Both the position numbers and the translations under genes were made by a program. DNA of 64,000 nucleotides from an uncultured Elusimicrobia bacterium (lineage in GTDB: Bacteria > Elusimicrobiota > Elusimicrobia > 2-01-FULL-59-12), in assembly GCA_963702895.1 (NCBI GenBank), contig OY969767.1, positions 896,001 to 960,000 of the forward strand, read 5' to 3'. Below are positions 1 to 9,655 of this stretch, piece by piece (the first letter of the stretch is position 1; each line of letters starts with the position of its first letter). The notes beneath the pieces were generated by a model. That model saw only the letters and a program-made list of their open reading frames with translations. It was not told the DNA's origin and made no database searches.

Positions 1-1
1 T

Positions 2-574
2 CTCAAGCCCACCGCCGTGGTGACCGATGTCGGCAGCGTCAAAGGGGTCATTCACCGGCAGGTGCGAGGTGTGAGGTTTGTCGGGTCGCACCCGCTGGCG
101 GGCTCTCACAAAACCGGTGTTGCCTTCGCGAAGCCCGACCTGTTTCGCGGCGCGACCTGCGTGATGGTGGCTCAAGACCGTTCGGTGATGGCGCCCATAC
201 GAAAGATGTGGCAAGACGCTGGGGCCCGGGTGGTGGAGATGACGTCCGAGGATCACGATGCTTGTGTCGCCCTGACCAGCCACCTCCCTCATTTGATCGC
301 CTACGCCCTCGTGCAGGCCGCGAGGAAGTCGCCGAACCAAAAAAGAGTCACCGCGCTCGTGGCCGGGTCGTTTCGCGATGTTACCCGGGTCGCTTCTTCG
401 GACCCGGAACAATGGAGTCAGATCTTTCAGGCGAATCGGCCGCACCTCCGAGTGGCCGCGCGCCAATTTCAGAAAGAATTTGCGCGCCTCGTCTGGGCCC
501 TGCGCCGTCCTTCCCTTCGATCGGTCTTAAAAGGTTCGCAGGCCTACAGGTCTCGCCTTTTCAATGAAATCTAA
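2..574 (+). CDS. tyrA: Prephenate dehydrogenase, 5'-truncated by window edge
   Basis: Motifs TDVGSVK, GSHPLAGS, HD..ALTSHLPH, FRDVTRVASSDP; lies upstream of aroA. Confidence 0.92.
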   Translation, partial: LKPTAVVTDVGSVKGVIHRQVRGVRFVGSHPLAGSHKTGVAFAKPDLFRGATCVMVAQDRSVMAPIRKMWQDAGARVVEMTSEDHDACVALTSHLPHLIAYALVQAARKSPNQKRVTALVAGSFRDVTRVASSDPEQWSQIFQANRPHLRVAARQFQKEFARLVWALRRPSLRSVLKGSQAYRSRLFNEI

Positions 575-1942
575 AGTCGTCCTGCCAGCCGCATCCGTCG
601 AGGGCGTGATCCGTGTCCCGGGTGATAAATCGATCTCGCACCGCGCGGTCCTCTTAGGCGCTCTTTCCAATCGCGCCTGCCGGGTCAACAACTTTCTTGA
701 GGCCGAGGATTGTCTCTGTACGCTCGAAGCCATGCGATCGGCAGGCATTAAGATTGAGCGGCAGGGTTCATCGCTTGAGATTCACGGCCAGGGTCTCGAT
801 GGCTTCCAAGCGCCGAAGGGCCCGATCTGGTGCGGTAATTCAGGAACGACGACGCGTCTGTTGATGGGCGTGCTGACCGGACAGCCTTTTGAGGCGCGCC
901 TCGAAGGCGATCCCTCGCTCTCCCGGCGCCCCATGGACCGCGTGATCGAACCTCTGTCCCGGATGGGCGCGTTCTTTTGGGAGGCGTCGTCGTCCGACGT
1001 CCAACGTCCGACGTCGGACCCGCCACACAACAGGCGGGCGCCTGACGTGTGGCGCCTCGAACGTCGGACGGCTGCTTTAACACTTCCGCTGCGGATGATG
1101 GGAACGCGCTCGGTCAAGACGCTCCGCTGGAAAAGTCCCGTGGCCTCCGCGCAGGTGAAGTCGGCGATCCTCCTCGCTGGGCTCTATGCCTCGGGTACCA
1201 CGATCGTGGAAGAGCCCTCCCTTTCGCGCGACCACACCGAACGCATGATGGAAGCCAGCGGGGTCAGCCTGAAGCGTGAAGGCTGTCGTGTTTCCATCGA
1301 CGGCACGGCCGTGATCAGGGCCAGCCAATTCGAGGTGCCGGGCGACTTTTCCAGCGCCGCCTTTCTTCTGGCCGCGGGCCTCTTGCGCTCCGCCGGAGAA
1401 CTCGTCGTGCAGGGGGTTGGTGTCAATCCTACGCGCACAGGCTTTCTGGACGTGGTCAAAGCCATGGGCGGGGCGGTCCGCGCGCTTCGCTCGACGGTCG
1501 TGGGGGGGAACCTCTCGCGGAGCTTGGCGCGAAAAAATCTATTCTTCTGGCGGCCAACATTCAAGGGGACTTGATTCCTCGCGCCATTGATGAGATCCCC
1601 ATCCTCGCGGTTCTGGCCACGCAGGCCAAAGGCAAGACCGTGATCGCGGACGCCGCGGAGCTGCGTGTCAAAGAATCCGATCGTTTGAACGCCCTCCGAA
1701 TTGAACTTTCCAAAATGGGGGCCCGCATCGAGGAGACACCCGGCGGCCTTCTCATCGAGGGGCCGACACCGCTTCGGGGGGCGGTGGTCCAAAGCCATGG
1801 GGACCATCGTCTCGCGATGTCGCTGGCGATCGCGGCGCTTGTCGCGCAGGGGCCCACCACAATTGAGGACGTCGCCTGCGTGGCGACTTCCTTCCCCACG
1901 TTTTGGGACGTCTTGGACCAGGTCCGGATGACGCCGCCATGA
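564..1942 (+). CDS. aroA: EPSP synthase, frameshifted at a G7 run (1502-1508); split into ORFs 564-1574 and 1571-1942
   Basis: PGDKSISHR, CGNSGTT, SAQVKSA, RDHTERM, IDEIP, LRVKESDR, GDHRLAM; one extra G restores GGEPLAEL..IPRAIDE. Confidence 0.93.
991..1070. repeat. CGTCCGA heptamer inverted-repeat array carrying a double-hairpin insert, in frame within aroA
   Basis: cgtccga cgtccaa cgtccga..tcggac[ccgccacacaacaggcgggcgcctgacgtgtggcgc]ctcgaacg tcggacg. Confidence 0.85.
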
Positions 1943-2556
1943 ACTATCGGAACATCAATCCCCTCTATAGCCCCATCCTCTATGCGTTAGGAAAGCACAG
2001 TGAGGGGACCGCCTTCCAGCTGATCTGGAGGAGACGCGTGGTCGGCCGAGGAAACATCCCTCCCCTCGGGACCCCGGTGATCTTTGCCGCCAATCATCGC
2101 TCGCTCAGTGATCCTCCCAACGTGGGGAGTGCGATCCCCTACCCGATCTTCTATTTCGCGAAAGAAGAGCTCTTTCAGGTGCCGGTCTTGGGGTGGCTCA
2201 TCCGCCGCGTCAATGCCTTTCCCGTGCGGCGCACGGAGCATGATGTGGGTGCTCTCAAAACGGCGATTCGTGTTCTCGAAAATGGCGGCGGGCTCATGCT
2301 CTTCCCGGAAGGCGGCCGGCGCGTCGATCCCCGCCGCCAATGGAAGGCGAAATCCGGCGTGGGAATGCTGGCCTGCAAAACCGGCGCACGGGTGGTCCCG
2401 GTCGGCATCAAAAATGCGGATCGATTCATGCGCCTGGCGAGGCTTGAAGTGCGGTTCGGAAAACCGGTCTTTCCCCCTCAATCGTCGACCCCAGAAGACT
2501 ATCAAAAGGTGACGGACGAAGTGATACGCCGGATTAAGGAGCTATGTCATGAATGA
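1939..2556 (+). CDS. plsC: 1-acyl-sn-glycerol-3-phosphate acyltransferase
   Basis: NHRSLSD and FPEG motifs; ATGA overlap with aroA stop. Confidence 0.88.
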   Translation: MNYRNINPLYSPILYALGKHSEGTAFQLIWRRRVVGRGNIPPLGTPVIFAANHRSLSDPPNVGSAIPYPIFYFAKEELFQVPVLGWLIRRVNAFPVRRTEHDVGALKTAIRVLENGGGLMLFPEGGRRVDPRRQWKAKSGVGMLACKTGARVVPVGIKNADRFMRLARLEVRFGKPVFPPQSSTPEDYQKVTDEVIRRIKELCHE

Positions 2557-2740
2557 ACTCAAACCCATCCTACGACTCTTGGTCATGGTCCAGATCTTTT
2601 TGTTGTTTATGGTGATCTTTTTGCCGTTTCTGGTTCACCTGCTCCAGGGGCCGGGCGGCCGATTTCTTTACGTGATACTCTCCCTTTTTGGCATCGTTCA
2701 GGCGCTTCTTCTGCGCCGCGTGCTCGCCCAGCTCACGTAG
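2549..2740 (+). CDS. Small two-TM membrane protein
   Basis: 63 aa hydrophobic ORF with AAGGAG RBS, overlapping the plsC stop. Confidence 0.6.
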   Translation: MNELKPILRLLVMVQIFLLFMVIFLPFLVHLLQGPGGRFLYVILSLFGIVQALLLRRVLAQLT

Positions 2741-2800
2741 CTCCTTTCCTCCAGAACGCCTGGCCCTGCCGTCGTCATGCCGGTATGGTATACTCGTCCT

Positions 2801-4483
2801 ATGTCTGACGATAAACTCACCATCGACGACATGTCCATGAGCGATCTGCTCGCGGGCCTTCCCGAAAAGGTCCATTCCGGAACCGTGGTGCAAGCCCGGG
2901 TCCTGGGCAAGAACGCCGATGGCGTCCTGGTGGACATCGGGCTTAAAATGGAAGGCCTCATTCCCAAAATTGAATTCCCGAATTTTGATCAGGCGCTGCC
3001 GTTCAAGGAGGGGGAAACGATTCCCGTTCTGGTCCGTCAGATCGAAGGCCACGACAACTACCACCGCGTCTCCTGGCGTTCCGCCCGTGAGATGTCCGCT
3101 TGGGACAAGCTCTATGCGGCCTATCAGGGCCAGCAGGCTGTGGAGGCGACCATCACGAAGAAGGTCAAAGGTGGCTATGTCGTCGATGTGGGTTGTGATG
3201 CGTTCCTGCCGGGGTCACAACTCGAATTAAGGCCGAGCCATCAGGCGGAGGCCTGGCTCCAAAAGAAAATCTCTGTCCTCATTACGGAAATAGATCGCGC
3301 GAAGTCCAATGTGGTGGTGTCGCGGCGCAAGCTCCTCGAAAAAGAGCGCACCCGCAACCGGGAAGCCACCCTGTCCCATCTGACCGAAGGCCATGTCGTC
3401 ACAGGGACCGTGACCAGCATCACCAGTTTTGGCGCCTTCGTCGATATTGGGGGCATCGAAGGCCTGCTGCATGTGTCCGACATGTCCTGGAGCCGCTCTG
3501 AAAAACCGTCCGCTTGTGTGAAGGTGGGGCAAACGCTTGAACTGAAGGTTCTGAAATACGATCCCGCGACGCATCGCATTTCCTTGGGTCTGAAGCAGCT
3601 CAAAGCTCATCCCTGGGCGAATGTCCCCGCCAAGTATCCGGTCGGGACCCTTGTCCACGGCCGTGTGACGACGATGACCAATTTTGGCGCGTTTGTGGAG
3701 TTGGAAGCGGGCGTCGAAGGCTTGATCCATGTGAGTGAGATTTCATGGAAAGAGCGCGCCGCCAAGCCCCACGAGACGTTTAAGCACGGACAAGAGGTCA
3801 CGGCGAAAGTCATTTTGGTGGACCCTTCGAAAGAAAAGCTTTCACTCTCACTGAAAAGACTCGGCACAAGCCCCTGGGAATTGGCTAAGACGCATTATCC
3901 TCTTGGAACAAGGATCCGAGGCCCTGTCACGCATTTAACGCCGTTTGGGGCCTTTGTCATGCTTCCTGAGGGCATTGAGGGGCTCGTCCACATCTCGGAT
4001 ATGTCCTGGACCAAGAAAATCCAGCATCCTTCCGAGTTGCTCAAGGTGGGCCAGGAGATCGAAGCGGTTCTCATCGACCTTAAGGTGGAGGCGGAAAAGA
4101 TCGTCCTTTCTCTCAAACATTTGCAGCCCGATCCATTTTCAGCGCTCAAGGTCGGACAATCCGTGACGGGGCGCGTCATTCGGAGCGGTGAAAGCGGCGT
4201 GACGCTCGAGCTTCCGTCGGGGATGGAGGCCCATATTCGACAGAGTGAGCTCTCCGAAGATGCCACGGGCCGCGTGCATGTGCCCGCCGCGGGCGAAGAG
4301 GTGACGGCCAAAGTGTTGCGTCTTGAGGCGCGAGAGCGCCGCGTGGATTTGTCCGTACGGCGACACGATCGTGAGGAAGAGCGACATTTGCTCAAACGCT
4401 ACGGTGGACACAACCAGCAACCGCTCACGCTCGGTGACGTCCTCATCGAAGCCGAACCGGAAGAAACACCCCCCAACCAATAG
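2801..4483 (+). CDS. rpsA: 30S ribosomal protein S1
   Basis: Repeated S1 domains (FGAFVDIGGIEGLLHVSDMSW, FGAFVELEAGVEGLIHVSEISW). Confidence 0.95.
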   Translation: MSDDKLTIDDMSMSDLLAGLPEKVHSGTVVQARVLGKNADGVLVDIGLKMEGLIPKIEFPNFDQALPFKEGETIPVLVRQIEGHDNYHRVSWRSAREMSAWDKLYAAYQGQQAVEATITKKVKGGYVVDVGCDAFLPGSQLELRPSHQAEAWLQKKISVLITEIDRAKSNVVVSRRKLLEKERTRNREATLSHLTEGHVVTGTVTSITSFGAFVDIGGIEGLLHVSDMSWSRSEKPSACVKVGQTLELKVLKYDPATHRISLGLKQLKAHPWANVPAKYPVGTLVHGRVTTMTNFGAFVELEAGVEGLIHVSEISWKERAAKPHETFKHGQEVTAKVILVDPSKEKLSLSLKRLGTSPWELAKTHYPLGTRIRGPVTHLTPFGAFVMLPEGIEGLVHISDMSWTKKIQHPSELLKVGQEIEAVLIDLKVEAEKIVLSLKHLQPDPFSALKVGQSVTGRVIRSGESGVTLELPSGMEAHIRQSELSEDATGRVHVPAAGEEVTAKVLRLEARERRVDLSVRRHDREEERHLLKRYGGHNQQPLTLGDVLIEAEPEETPPNQ

Positions 4484-4484
4484 T

Positions 4485-5297
4485 GTGAAAGACCGCTCGA
4501 AACTCTGGGACGCCTCCCTCCTTGCAGGGGGCATGCTCCTGGTGGGCGTCACCCTCAAATCTTATCGCTCGTTTAGCGTCCCGACAGGACCGCCTCAATA
4601 CCACAAACTCACCGCCAAAGAGGCCGAGGGCACCATCAGGTCCATCCAATCCTTTTTAGAAACCCACCCTGAAGATTTCAAAGCTTGGGCGCGCCTGGCC
4701 ATCGCCTACTACTACAAAGGGCCAGAATTTTATGGCGATGGGCTCAATGCGCTTGAGAAAGCCAGAAGTCTGGGCGCGACGAGTGAAATCCTCTTTTATT
4801 ACGCGGGCCTGATGTATGAGGCGCTGGGCCTGCCGGAGTACGCTTATCACGAGCTTTCCAAGTATCTGCGTCACTTCCCGGATGATTTTGAAACACGCGT
4901 GCGCCTGGCGAATGTGCTCGCCAAGCAAGGCAAGACAGAGGAAGCCTATAAGCAATACGGCCTCCTCACCGAAAAGTGGCCGAAAGATGCGACGCTCTGG
5001 TATAACTTCGGCGTGGTGAGCAAGGAAAGAGGCGACTTGGATGGCGCTCTCTCATGCTTTTTAAAGGCCAAGGAACTTTCTAAAACGCTTCCGGAGGGGG
5101 GGATTTTTCAGCAGGGCGAGGTCATGCGGCTAAAAGGCTCTTTGGACGAGGCCATGGCCTTCTATCAACAAGAACTTGCTTTGCACCCCCAGCACATGCC
5201 CTCCCTTTTGGCGCTGGAGGCTCTTCAAAAGAAGAAAAGCTTATGGAAAGAGGCACGCGAAACACGTAAAAAGATAAACGACCTCAAACAACCGTAA
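4485..5297 (+). CDS. TPR-repeat protein with N-terminal membrane anchor
   Basis: TPR-like helices (AWARLAIAYY, LWYNFGVV..GDLDGALSCF); start GTG inferred right after rpsA. Confidence 0.75.
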   Translation: MKDRSKLWDASLLAGGMLLVGVTLKSYRSFSVPTGPPQYHKLTAKEAEGTIRSIQSFLETHPEDFKAWARLAIAYYYKGPEFYGDGLNALEKARSLGATSEILFYYAGLMYEALGLPEYAYHELSKYLRHFPDDFETRVRLANVLAKQGKTEEAYKQYGLLTEKWPKDATLWYNFGVVSKERGDLDGALSCFLKAKELSKTLPEGGIFQQGEVMRLKGSLDEAMAFYQQELALHPQHMPSLLALEALQKKKSLWKEARETRKKINDLKQP

Positions 5298-5988
5298 GCC
5301 CCCCCCCGCCTGTTGGCCAAGTTTCAGGCCTGAAATTACAAATCGGCTCTATTTCTAGGCATTTTCTCGACGGTAAACGCACAAAAATACGATTTTAGGG
5401 GGGTATTTTTTTTATCTGAGGTCTAGACATGTCTGCAATTTCTGGCGGATTCACGGTCTTTTCGATGTCTCATGAATTGGAACTGTTTTGGGCCAGTGGC
5501 TCTGTTGGTGTGCGTGTGCTTGCGCTGATGGTTTGAATTCGGACAGAACGACGCCTCTCCTTCTAAGGGGGATCTGTCTCTGCTTTGATCCTGTTCCAGA
5601 GAGTCTTTTCACGAGTCGCCATTCGCAGCTCTCCATCCTGAGGTATTCCTCAATCTTGCGACCGATTCGCCCTAAATTGCCAGGAATTTGGCAAATTTGT
5701 GGTCAAAATTCGTCCAAAATCGACTGCTAGTTCTCAATCCTGCAAGCAATCTCGATAGCTGACTCGAAGATGCCTCAACTCCCTCGCATATGAGCACATT
5801 CCGTATGTAAATTCGACAGAAATGGCATCGTCGACAAATTGACAACATGTAATATAATATTGGTTATCAGAAGCATCGAATTGAGGAGAAAGGGGGAGAA
5901 AAGTCAAAAGGATAGGGGTGAAATTACGTGTACTTTTATCTGCCGCCAGCCGGCGGAAACCGGGCTGGCGCTAACTGGTGATTGCTGG

Positions 5989-8181
5989 CTAGACCTGCCA
6001 GTTCAGGACGAAGGTATCTTCGGTAGGATAAGGTATTTGAAGGGTTGCTTCCGCCGGCCAGCGTTCCTGCTCTAAGCCGTCTTTGAGGACCTTCACGTAG
6101 ATTTTGAAATCTTGTTTTTGCTCATTCTTGAGCCACTCCAGTGGCAAAGCAATTTCCATGACCTTCTTGTACTTCCCAAGATAGCCTTTTGGCGCCTCTG
6201 GCAGCACGTTGCCCTTCTTGTGATCCCTCATTTCGCCCAAGACCTGGCCATCCTCATCTGCTCGAAGGCTGATTTCTTTGACCGTTTCGTGCTCTACGAA
6301 AACGCGTAATTCCAGTCCTTTCATCGGATCGGTTCGCTGTCCAAAGTCAAATCTTAAGTAAATAGCCTCACGGTCATAGCCGAAATAGATGCTTTTCACG
6401 AGATTTTCGGCTTTCTGCATCGTTCCTGTACCGCTTGCTTCCGTGTGGTAATAGCCCGCGGAACGCCACTCAAAATAGCCGGTGATCTTGCCATCGAGCA
6501 CCGGTTTGATGAAATCGACCGGATCCACGATGCTCGCCTTTTGCCTTTTCTTTTTAATCGGCAGATGCAGATCATCGGGTACTTTTTCCCCCAAGAGCAC
6601 ATAGACATTCATGAGGTGTCGCCGGAAAAGGTAGTCGAAGGCGCCATCGTTGGCGGACGAGTGGTCTTCGCCAAACCACCAGCACCAATCACTTCCTTCG
6701 GCGATATAAATCTCCTCCCAGGCCTGGGCCGCTTGAGGACTTGCCTTGAGCTCCGGCTGGGCCTGCAGCGTGTCGACGAGAAACTGACGTGTCCGGAAGA
6801 GCAGATCCCAGGCCATATTGTCTTCGCCGTGTCCTATCCAGATCGCGTAATTGCTGTTGATCCAGGAGCCTGACCAGAGCTGATGGAGCGTCTTCACGTC
6901 ATTGGACCGATTGAGATAATCGGACCCTCGGACGGTCTCAAGCAAGGGATCACTCGATATTTGTCTGTAGAGGGCCCTCAAGAAGGGCAGCCCGTCGTCC
7001 GCGTAGTATTCCCAACAGTTTTCCCCATCGAGGATCACCGAAACGACATGCGGTTGTCTTGGGTCCTTGAACGAGTTCCTGATCTTATGCAGACGGTTGA
7101 TGAAGTCCCTTGCTGCCGCTTCGGGGTCCCAGGAGGCGTAGACAAAGCCGATGGCGTCGGAGAGCTCGTGGTCGCGGAAAAAAAGATGGAGGTCCTTATC
7201 GCCAAGAATCAAGCGATAAGGCTCATAGAGAAGCTCCTTACGGTAAGTCTGAGGCGGCAGAGAGCGCGCTAAGATTTGCTCGTCGGTCGCTGCCCAACGG
7301 AGACCCGATTCTGCGATCAATCGGGCCGCTTCTTCCGACACGGACCCTTCCGAAGGCCAAAGGCCTTGGGGCGCCTGACCAAAGCGGCGCGTGTAGTCTT
7401 CCACGGCGCGTTTGATCTGTTCTCGGGCGTCTTCCGGATGGCAAAAACGGTGTTTAGGCAAAAGGATGTTGGGAAGCGCGACGCGGGCCGACTCCGTATC
7501 GCACAAGAGCGGCAGGATGGGGTGATAAAAGGGGGTGGTCGTCACCTCAATCTGCCCTTTGTCCTGCAAAGCCTTGTGTTTGGCGACGACCTGCGCGCAA
7601 ATCTCTAATTGTTTGCGGACGAGCCTCTGCTTGTCCTCTTCCGTGAAGTTTTTCCCCTTCTTGAACAAGTCGTGGAGAAAAGGATCAGTCTGTCTCCAAA
7701 GGGGGTCAAACCAGGTCAGATTAAACCAGGCTTGCAGGTCCCGCCAGTCTTGTTCCTTAAAGTACTTCTGGGTGCGAGACAGGCTCTCAGGCGTCGTCAT
7801 TCGTCCCCGTTTATCGAGGAGCTCACAGTAGCGAGGATAGGGATCGATCATGTGTTCCCAATGGGCCATAAAAAAGTTTTGCAGGATGAACTGACGATCA
7901 TCGAAGCTGAGTTCGGAAGGATGTTTGAGCGTGAGCTCAAGGAACCGGTCCTGGGCCTTCTGTTCGGCGTAATCATCGAGCTGCGCGAGCAGCGAAGGAA
8001 CCAGATTAAAGTTGGCCTTGATGGACGGGAACTCGTCGAGCAGCGCCACCATGTCGTAGTAGTCTTTGGTCGCGTGCAGACGCACCCAAGGCATCTCGTA
8101 CCGATTCTTTAATCCGTCTTTATAGAGAGGCTGGTGCTGGTGCCAAAGAAAAAGGACGGACAGTGGAGTCTCAGCGGTCAT
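5989..8181 (-). CDS. Glycoside hydrolase family 57 (amylopullulanase-like)
   Basis: LWHQHQP, PFYHPILPL, LWPSEGSVS, ILDGENCWE, AEGSDWCWW. Confidence 0.92.
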   Translation of the reverse strand: MTAETPLSVLFLWHQHQPLYKDGLKNRYEMPWVRLHATKDYYDMVALLDEFPSIKANFNLVPSLLAQLDDYAEQKAQDRFLELTLKHPSELSFDDRQFILQNFFMAHWEHMIDPYPRYCELLDKRGRMTTPESLSRTQKYFKEQDWRDLQAWFNLTWFDPLWRQTDPFLHDLFKKGKNFTEEDKQRLVRKQLEICAQVVAKHKALQDKGQIEVTTTPFYHPILPLLCDTESARVALPNILLPKHRFCHPEDAREQIKRAVEDYTRRFGQAPQGLWPSEGSVSEEAARLIAESGLRWAATDEQILARSLPPQTYRKELLYEPYRLILGDKDLHLFFRDHELSDAIGFVYASWDPEAAARDFINRLHKIRNSFKDPRQPHVVSVILDGENCWEYYADDGLPFLRALYRQISSDPLLETVRGSDYLNRSNDVKTLHQLWSGSWINSNYAIWIGHGEDNMAWDLLFRTRQFLVDTLQAQPELKASPQAAQAWEEIYIAEGSDWCWWFGEDHSSANDGAFDYLFRRHLMNVYVLLGEKVPDDLHLPIKKKRQKASIVDPVDFIKPVLDGKITGYFEWRSAGYYHTEASGTGTMQKAENLVKSIYFGYDREAIYLRFDFGQRTDPMKGLELRVFVEHETVKEISLRADEDGQVLGEMRDHKKGNVLPEAPKGYLGKYKKVMEIALPLEWLKNEQKQDFKIYVKVLKDGLEQERWPAEATLQIPYPTEDTFVLNWQV

Positions 8182-8201
8182 AAAAGGCCCAACAACTTGC
8201 T

Positions 8202-9572
8202 TTAGAAGCGTCCAACGGCTTCAAGGACAATGCGCTGGGCATTGTTGGTGAACGCGCCATAGGCTTTGCCGGGAGAAAACACCGCGTAGGAGGCCCGAAA
8301 CGACATGTAGTTGGTGTAGGCAAAACCTATTCCGATGTCGAGTTCCGTGCCCAAAGAGGACTCCGAGGGGGCAGGCGAGAAGTTGGTGCTTTCCTGCGCG
8401 GTGAAGACAAAATAGTCGATTCCGATCGACAGAAGGCTCGTCGGATGCATCGTGACGCCTGCGCCGATCACGCGGAGTCCCGAATTGCCCGCGGGCAGGC
8501 CCGAGACCGTGGGCGTGGAAGACGTCGGACCGTAGGTGCTCGACGGGAGCGCGTCATAGAGCGTGGAACCATAAAATTCGCCGAAGCCCGAACGCTCCAG
8601 GCCATCGACCTTGTGGCCAAAACTCGGGCGGAAAGAATTGTCGCTCGAGCCGCCGGAGTCGCCGCTCGCCATGCCAAAGAGGCCGTGGATTTCGATCGGG
8701 CCGTACTTGCTAAAGCGCGTAAAAAGTCCCGCCGACATCAGGAAGGCATAGCCTCCCAGGTCGACCGAGCCCAGCGTCGCACTGGAGCGGCTCACGCTTC
8801 CACTCTGAAGAGCGACTTCCCCCTTATAGAACCCGCCTTCACGGAGCCGTCCCTCAATGCGGGCATCGTAAAAAGTTCTCGTGATTCTTGAGGCTGTCCA
8901 GTTGGTGTCGGGGGCGAAGCCGCCCGCGTTTTCGGAAGGTCGAATATAAACCGTGCTGCCGCTTGTGTCGCGTTCGGTGACGACGGAAGCTTGGTAGCGA
9001 ATGTTGCGGGTCGGCTTGGTGAGCTCAATGCCGTAAATGTCGGTGTCACTGGAGCCCACGAGGCTTTCGGAGGCCTTGAAGGTAAACAGTTGGGCCTGCA
9101 AGCCGTACCATGGGAGCCTGGACTCGAGGCGAATGCCCGTGAAGCCGAGATCATCATCGGAGAGGACGAACCCATCGCCCAAGATGATCGGCTGTCGGCC
9201 AAGGGTGACGTCGACCGGAAGATCATAGAGTTGAGTCGCTTTCATGTAAGCGGTCTGGACCCAGGGGGTAAACGTGGTATTGGGATAGCGTGAACCAGCA
9301 GGGTTGGCTGACGGCACGGTCACCGTGCTCGAGGAACCCGCGATGCCAATGGCCTGGAATTGCGTCTTAAATTCGATATTGGGCGAGAATTTCCCTCCGA
9401 TGTAGGCTTGGAGTCTTTGTGAATAATAGGCGTAGTCCTGATTGTCGGTGGCGCCATAATCAACGTTACTCATGGAAATGCCGCGAAGGCGGTAGTTCGT
9501 CCCAATATCGAGTGAAGAGGAAGCGATCGCGGTGGAACTTGCGAGAAAGAGAAGAGAAATGATTTTTTTCAT
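8202..9572 (-). CDS. Outer-membrane beta-barrel (alginate-export-like)
   Basis: Signal peptide, GRQ motif, LGTELD motif, C-terminal Phe. Confidence 0.7.
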   Translation of the reverse strand: MKKIISLLFLASSTAIASSSLDIGTNYRLRGISMSNVDYGATDNQDYAYYSQRLQAYIGGKFSPNIEFKTQFQAIGIAGSSSTVTVPSANPAGSRYPNTTFTPWVQTAYMKATQLYDLPVDVTLGRQPIILGDGFVLSDDDLGFTGIRLESRLPWYGLQAQLFTFKASESLVGSSDTDIYGIELTKPTRNIRYQASVVTERDTSGSTVYIRPSENAGGFAPDTNWTASRITRTFYDARIEGRLREGGFYKGEVALQSGSVSRSSATLGSVDLGGYAFLMSAGLFTRFSKYGPIEIHGLFGMASGDSGGSSDNSFRPSFGHKVDGLERSGFGEFYGSTLYDALPSSTYGPTSSTPTVSGLPAGNSGLRVIGAGVTMHPTSLLSIGIDYFVFTAQESTNFSPAPSESSLGTELDIGIGFAYTNYMSFRASYAVFSPGKAYGAFTNNAQRIVLEAVGRF

Positions 9573-9592
9573 TCGCGCCATTATAAAACAAA

Positions 9593-9636
9593 CCCCCGGC
9601 CCCCTGCCACCAAACGCCGGTGGCCGGGGCCGGGGG
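9593..9636 (-). terminator. Probable intrinsic terminator/hairpin between the two barrel genes
   Basis: ccccggcccc..ggggccggggg stem next to an A-rich tract (U-tract on minus). Confidence 0.5.
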
Positions 9637-9655
9637 TCTTCAGAAGCGGCTCAGT

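Noticed and set aside
1939..1945. Absence of cmk between aroA and plsC
   Set aside because: Gene order varies commonly and cmk may lie elsewhere; no remnant is seen.
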